Assembly: GCA_965285935.1 (NCBI GenBank)
Contig: OZ260667.1
Coordinates: 40,362,001-40,426,000 of the forward strand
Direction: 5' to 3'
DNA: 64,000 bases
Source: Ophelia neglecta
Lineage: Eukaryota
Part shown: in pieces, positions 61,601 through 64,000 of the stretch
Position numbering within the stretch: the first letter of the stretch is position 1
Layout: every line of letters starts with the position of its first letter
Made by a program: the position numbers and the translations under genes
The notes under the pieces: model-generated
What the model saw: only the letters and a program-made list of their open reading frames with translations
What the model was told of the DNA's origin: nothing
The model's database searches: none

Positions 61601-64000
61601 ATGTTTTGACCGGACTGGTAAGCTGTCAATAGTCATCACCCCAGGGCCGGGAGTATTTGAAGTGGACAGGGAACTCACCAACATCACAAAACAACGCACC
61701 ATCGACTGCGGTAGGCATAAAACTCAAATGTCTCTATCACAGACAGTCACTGGCTAGTTAAATCATCTGGGTATCAAACCTAAAATGGTGCATTTTTATG
61801 TGTTAATTTTATAAATGTTACTATTGGCAAAATGGTATGTTATAAATAATACATAATATATATCACTGAGTGAGAATTGAGATAGTTTAATCTAGATATT
61901 TGTACATGTACCATATTCCACATAAGCACCCAAGGCCATTTAAATATTTGCATGGCCCAAGAAAACTGAAACAAGTACCCATGTCCATTTTGATGTATAA
62001 TCTCCTCAAAACAGGAAACTGGCAACTGTCCATTTTGATGCATAATCTCCTCAAAACAGGAAACAGGCAAAATTTGAAAGATCTGACAGAAAGAAAGGGA
62101 CTGGGTTATTATTAGGGCAGGGGTGCTTTTTATAAAGAATACAGCAGTCTTATAATATGACTTTCTAGTGAGCATGTGTATACATGGACATATTCTCAGT
62201 TTATTCCTTCCCTTTTAGGAAACAGTAGTGATCTTGTATGTATGGGTGAGCAGCCCCTTCATGCTGTGCCTCTCTTCAAGGTAAATGGTGTGTTTTGTTT
62301 TAAATGTAAAATATCATGTACATGATTAATAATCATTAGTTAAATTATTCTTCCTTGTGTAAAGAAAATGATTGACATTTCTACCCTAACTGGGCTGGTT
62401 GTAAGTGGGATGTTCTAGGAAGGTGCCCATATGGCAAGAGTGATAAGAATTCACGAAAACTGAGAAATGAGCCTTAAACTAATGTAAATATAACATGGGT
62501 ATTAACACAAACAGGTTAACAATTTAATACAAGATGAATAGGCATAGCTATCTGATTTTTTATTGGATGATTAATAAATCTGGTGTCAAACTTTTTGGAT
62601 TAAAAGTTGAACAACCGAGATTGACTCGATAAACGGTAGGAATAAGATTGTAGAACATGTTTGTAGTCCTGCTTTTTGTACTGTCCAGATCAGTATCAAA
62701 GGTTCACAGCAAGACTACCAACTTGATCCTGTCTAAAGGTGTGTCCTCATATTTGAACGCCATACTTTTTACTTTCTTAGAATTCTGATTTGTGTCCAAG
62801 ACATTAACCTTCCCAGTCATGCACAGACAATCAGCTCAGAAGATGTAGTTTCTTGTCAGGCATTTGAAAACAAGAACCTTGTCTCTAGACTGGGATATAT
62901 CTTTTTTTGACCGCCCTGTTCAGTGCTCTACAGCACCATATTTGCTTTCAGTTTCACAACAAGAATCCCTCGAACACCATAGATGTCGGTGATGACTACA
63001 ATATACCACATTGGATGAATCACAGGTAGTTATGAAGAGAAGCATTTTGTCATGGTTTTAGATCACAATTTGATGAATACGTATATTATCACCTTAGTCT
63101 AATTTCAGCTTCATTTTGGTAAAATGATTCGTGGTAAAGTTTATGAAACATTATTATAAATATACTATAAATTGTTTGGATTTAATATGAATGTAATTTT
63201 TCTAAAAACAATATTGGAACTGATGTGGCACGGTGGGTCATCTTGTGGCTTCTTGTATAGTTATGTTAAGGTCTAAATGTTTTTCACTTTGGCCCTCAAC
63301 CATTATTAATTTTTGCCAACATTATCAGTGACTCATATTGCTAATTGTATACAATATGCATGCAAAATTTATTTATAAAAAATCTAAAACAAAAAGTAAC
63401 ATTGAAGAAGCAGATGACGATGTGCTGAATTCTAATGCATGGAGGCATGTCAAGTAGAAACAACTAGATGTATTCATTTGTTTTTAGAACCTATTTTCAA
63501 CTATTTATTCTCATTTTTCAGTTTTTACACCTCCCAGAGTCAGGCAGAGAGAATATGTCAAGGAAAATTCATACCTCGCATAAAAACACCCCAGTTTGTG
63601 GCAAGTATTAAATCTACTTTGAATGTCCTTTACAGCAATTGACTTCCTACTTTCCATCGAACAATAATGGTATACATGTAATACTTAATTTTGTTCCCTC
63701 CTCTTCAATTAGTTTTAGAAGTTAATTTCTGATGATATTTTACCATTTTAGCCATCCGTGTGTGATACAGGCATGCCAGAGCCCTCTACTGGTGAGATTT
63801 TTTATCAGATTTGGTAGAGGTAGAGTGTTGAAATTAGTGTGTTGGAATTTAACTTTCTTTCCAATGGCAGGCTGTTGGGATGGTGCACAAGGCGATTTGA
63901 CACCCTCTAGTTCTGTTCACTATTTGCTCAAGAGCTCTGTGTAATGGGCCTGTCTTCCCAGATGGTGTCTAAGTCTAAGACTCCCCCAGACCCACCTCTT
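49661..64000 (+). CDS. DEPDC5: GATOR1 complex subunit DEPDC5 (Iml1), 5' portion; continues beyond the window
   Basis: Phase-consistent exons: 49661-49706, 51049-51136, 51549-51601, 52916-53001, 53137-53220, 53356-53475, 55233-55443, 56772-56844, 61192-61379, 61576-61710, 62219-62280, 62952-63025, 63522-63600 (GC donor), 63962->64000. Signature peptides: [119 protein letters not shown]. Confidence 0.97.
50490..50740. repeat. Low-complexity polypyrimidine (C/T-rich) tract
   Basis: About 250 bp of CCCT/CTCC-rich sequence in DEPDC5 intron 1. Confidence 0.8.
52127..52845. mobile_element. Non-autonomous DNA transposon, CAGTG termini, 5-bp TSD (hAT5-like)
   Basis: TIR CAGTGTTTTCATT / AATGAAGACACTG; flanks GGCAA at 52122-52126 and 52846-52850; subterminal GGGAGTCCC/GGGACG repeats; CpG-rich. 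Confidence 0.8.
54140..54915. repeat. 39-bp minisatellite, ~20 copies
   Basis: Unit CTCTAGAATCACATCACCTGCCTGTGTTTCATGTCCTCT; generates spurious 13-aa repeat ORFs on both strands. Confidence 0.95.
54930..55170. repeat. 37-bp minisatellite, ~6.5 copies
   Basis: Unit GTGATACACATCCACTAGTTAGACACATCCACTGTCT (a dimer of ACACATCCACT subunits); period 37 (54970 to 55007). Confidence 0.95.
55597..56488. mobile_element. Non-autonomous pogo/Tigger-like element, ~890 bp
   Basis: TA-CAGTAGAGGCCTGATTAT ... ATAATCAGGCCTGTACTA-TA; subterminal GGATAAT repeats. Confidence 0.7.
56845..56930 (+). repeat. 43-bp tandem duplication beginning exactly at a DEPDC5 splice donor
   Basis: GTAGGAGTGACAATCT(G/A)TATTTAA(T/C)ATGTTATAATACTGTTCA x2. 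Confidence 0.9.
57007..57177. mobile_element. Tc1/mariner-like MITE, same family as 30936-31113
   Basis: CAGTGGTCCCTG ... CAGGGACAACTG-TA; shared internal motifs (CACCCCTAAA, AAAGATAG..CATGG, CCCTTCAT). Confidence 0.75.
58193..58313 (+). pseudogene. Degenerate duplicate of DEPDC5 coding exon 9 (pseudo-exon or poison exon)
   Basis: Acceptor CCTCATTTCCTGTTTCTAG|A GTG GTT GTC CAG AAT GAG AAA TAT versus the functional exon at 61192, A GTT GTT GTC CAG AAT GAG AGA TAT. Reads [21 protein letters not shown] (TAA 58254-58256). Confidence 0.75.
60628..60792. repeat. 25-bp minisatellite, ~6.5 copies
   Basis: Unit AGTGTATTCAAAGAGAATAGTACCT; period 25 (60634 to 60659). Confidence 0.88.
61982..62071. repeat. 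45-bp tandem duplication
   Basis: TGTCCATTTTGATG(T/C)ATAATCTCCTCAAAACAGGAAAC(T/A)GGCAA at 61982 and 62027. Confidence 0.9.

Noticed and set aside
1-64000. tRNA, rRNA, snoRNA or autonomous transposase genes
   Set aside because: None recognisable by eye; a covariance-model search would be needed to exclude small intronic RNAs.

Overview
AT-rich, intron-containing animal genomic DNA, probably a marine lophotrochozoan such as a bivalve mollusc (inferred from composition and repeat style only). Four genes are present. (1) The 3' part of scribble (SCRIB; PDZ1-4 and conserved C-terminal motifs), + strand, 1-33815, with several candidate alternative exons and ends. (2) An unannotated ~487-aa type I membrane protein, + strand, 37811-43011: signal peptide, two furin-like Cys repeats with a mucin segment inserted into the first, a TM helix with juxtamembrane CC, and a non-catalytic tail with seven YxN (Grb2-SH2-type) motifs. 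NF-kB, ETS and IRF-type motifs lie upstream, giving a LAT-like immune adaptor/receptor architecture. (3) A two-coding-exon polypeptide GalNAc-transferase-family gene, - strand, 44924-48218, with intact metal ligands, a remodelled donor-sugar pocket and a lectin domain lacking all three sugar-binding aspartates. (4) The 5' part of DEPDC5 (GATOR1), + strand, 49661 to the window end, with a uORF overlapping its start codon, a decayed duplicate of coding exon 9 that keeps a strong acceptor, and a GC-AG intron. Introns carry MITEs (two with 5-bp TSDs) and several minisatellites, including a 2.5-kb 47-bp array with higher-order structure. All gene models were built by eye from splice signals, phase and remembered homology; no searches were run.
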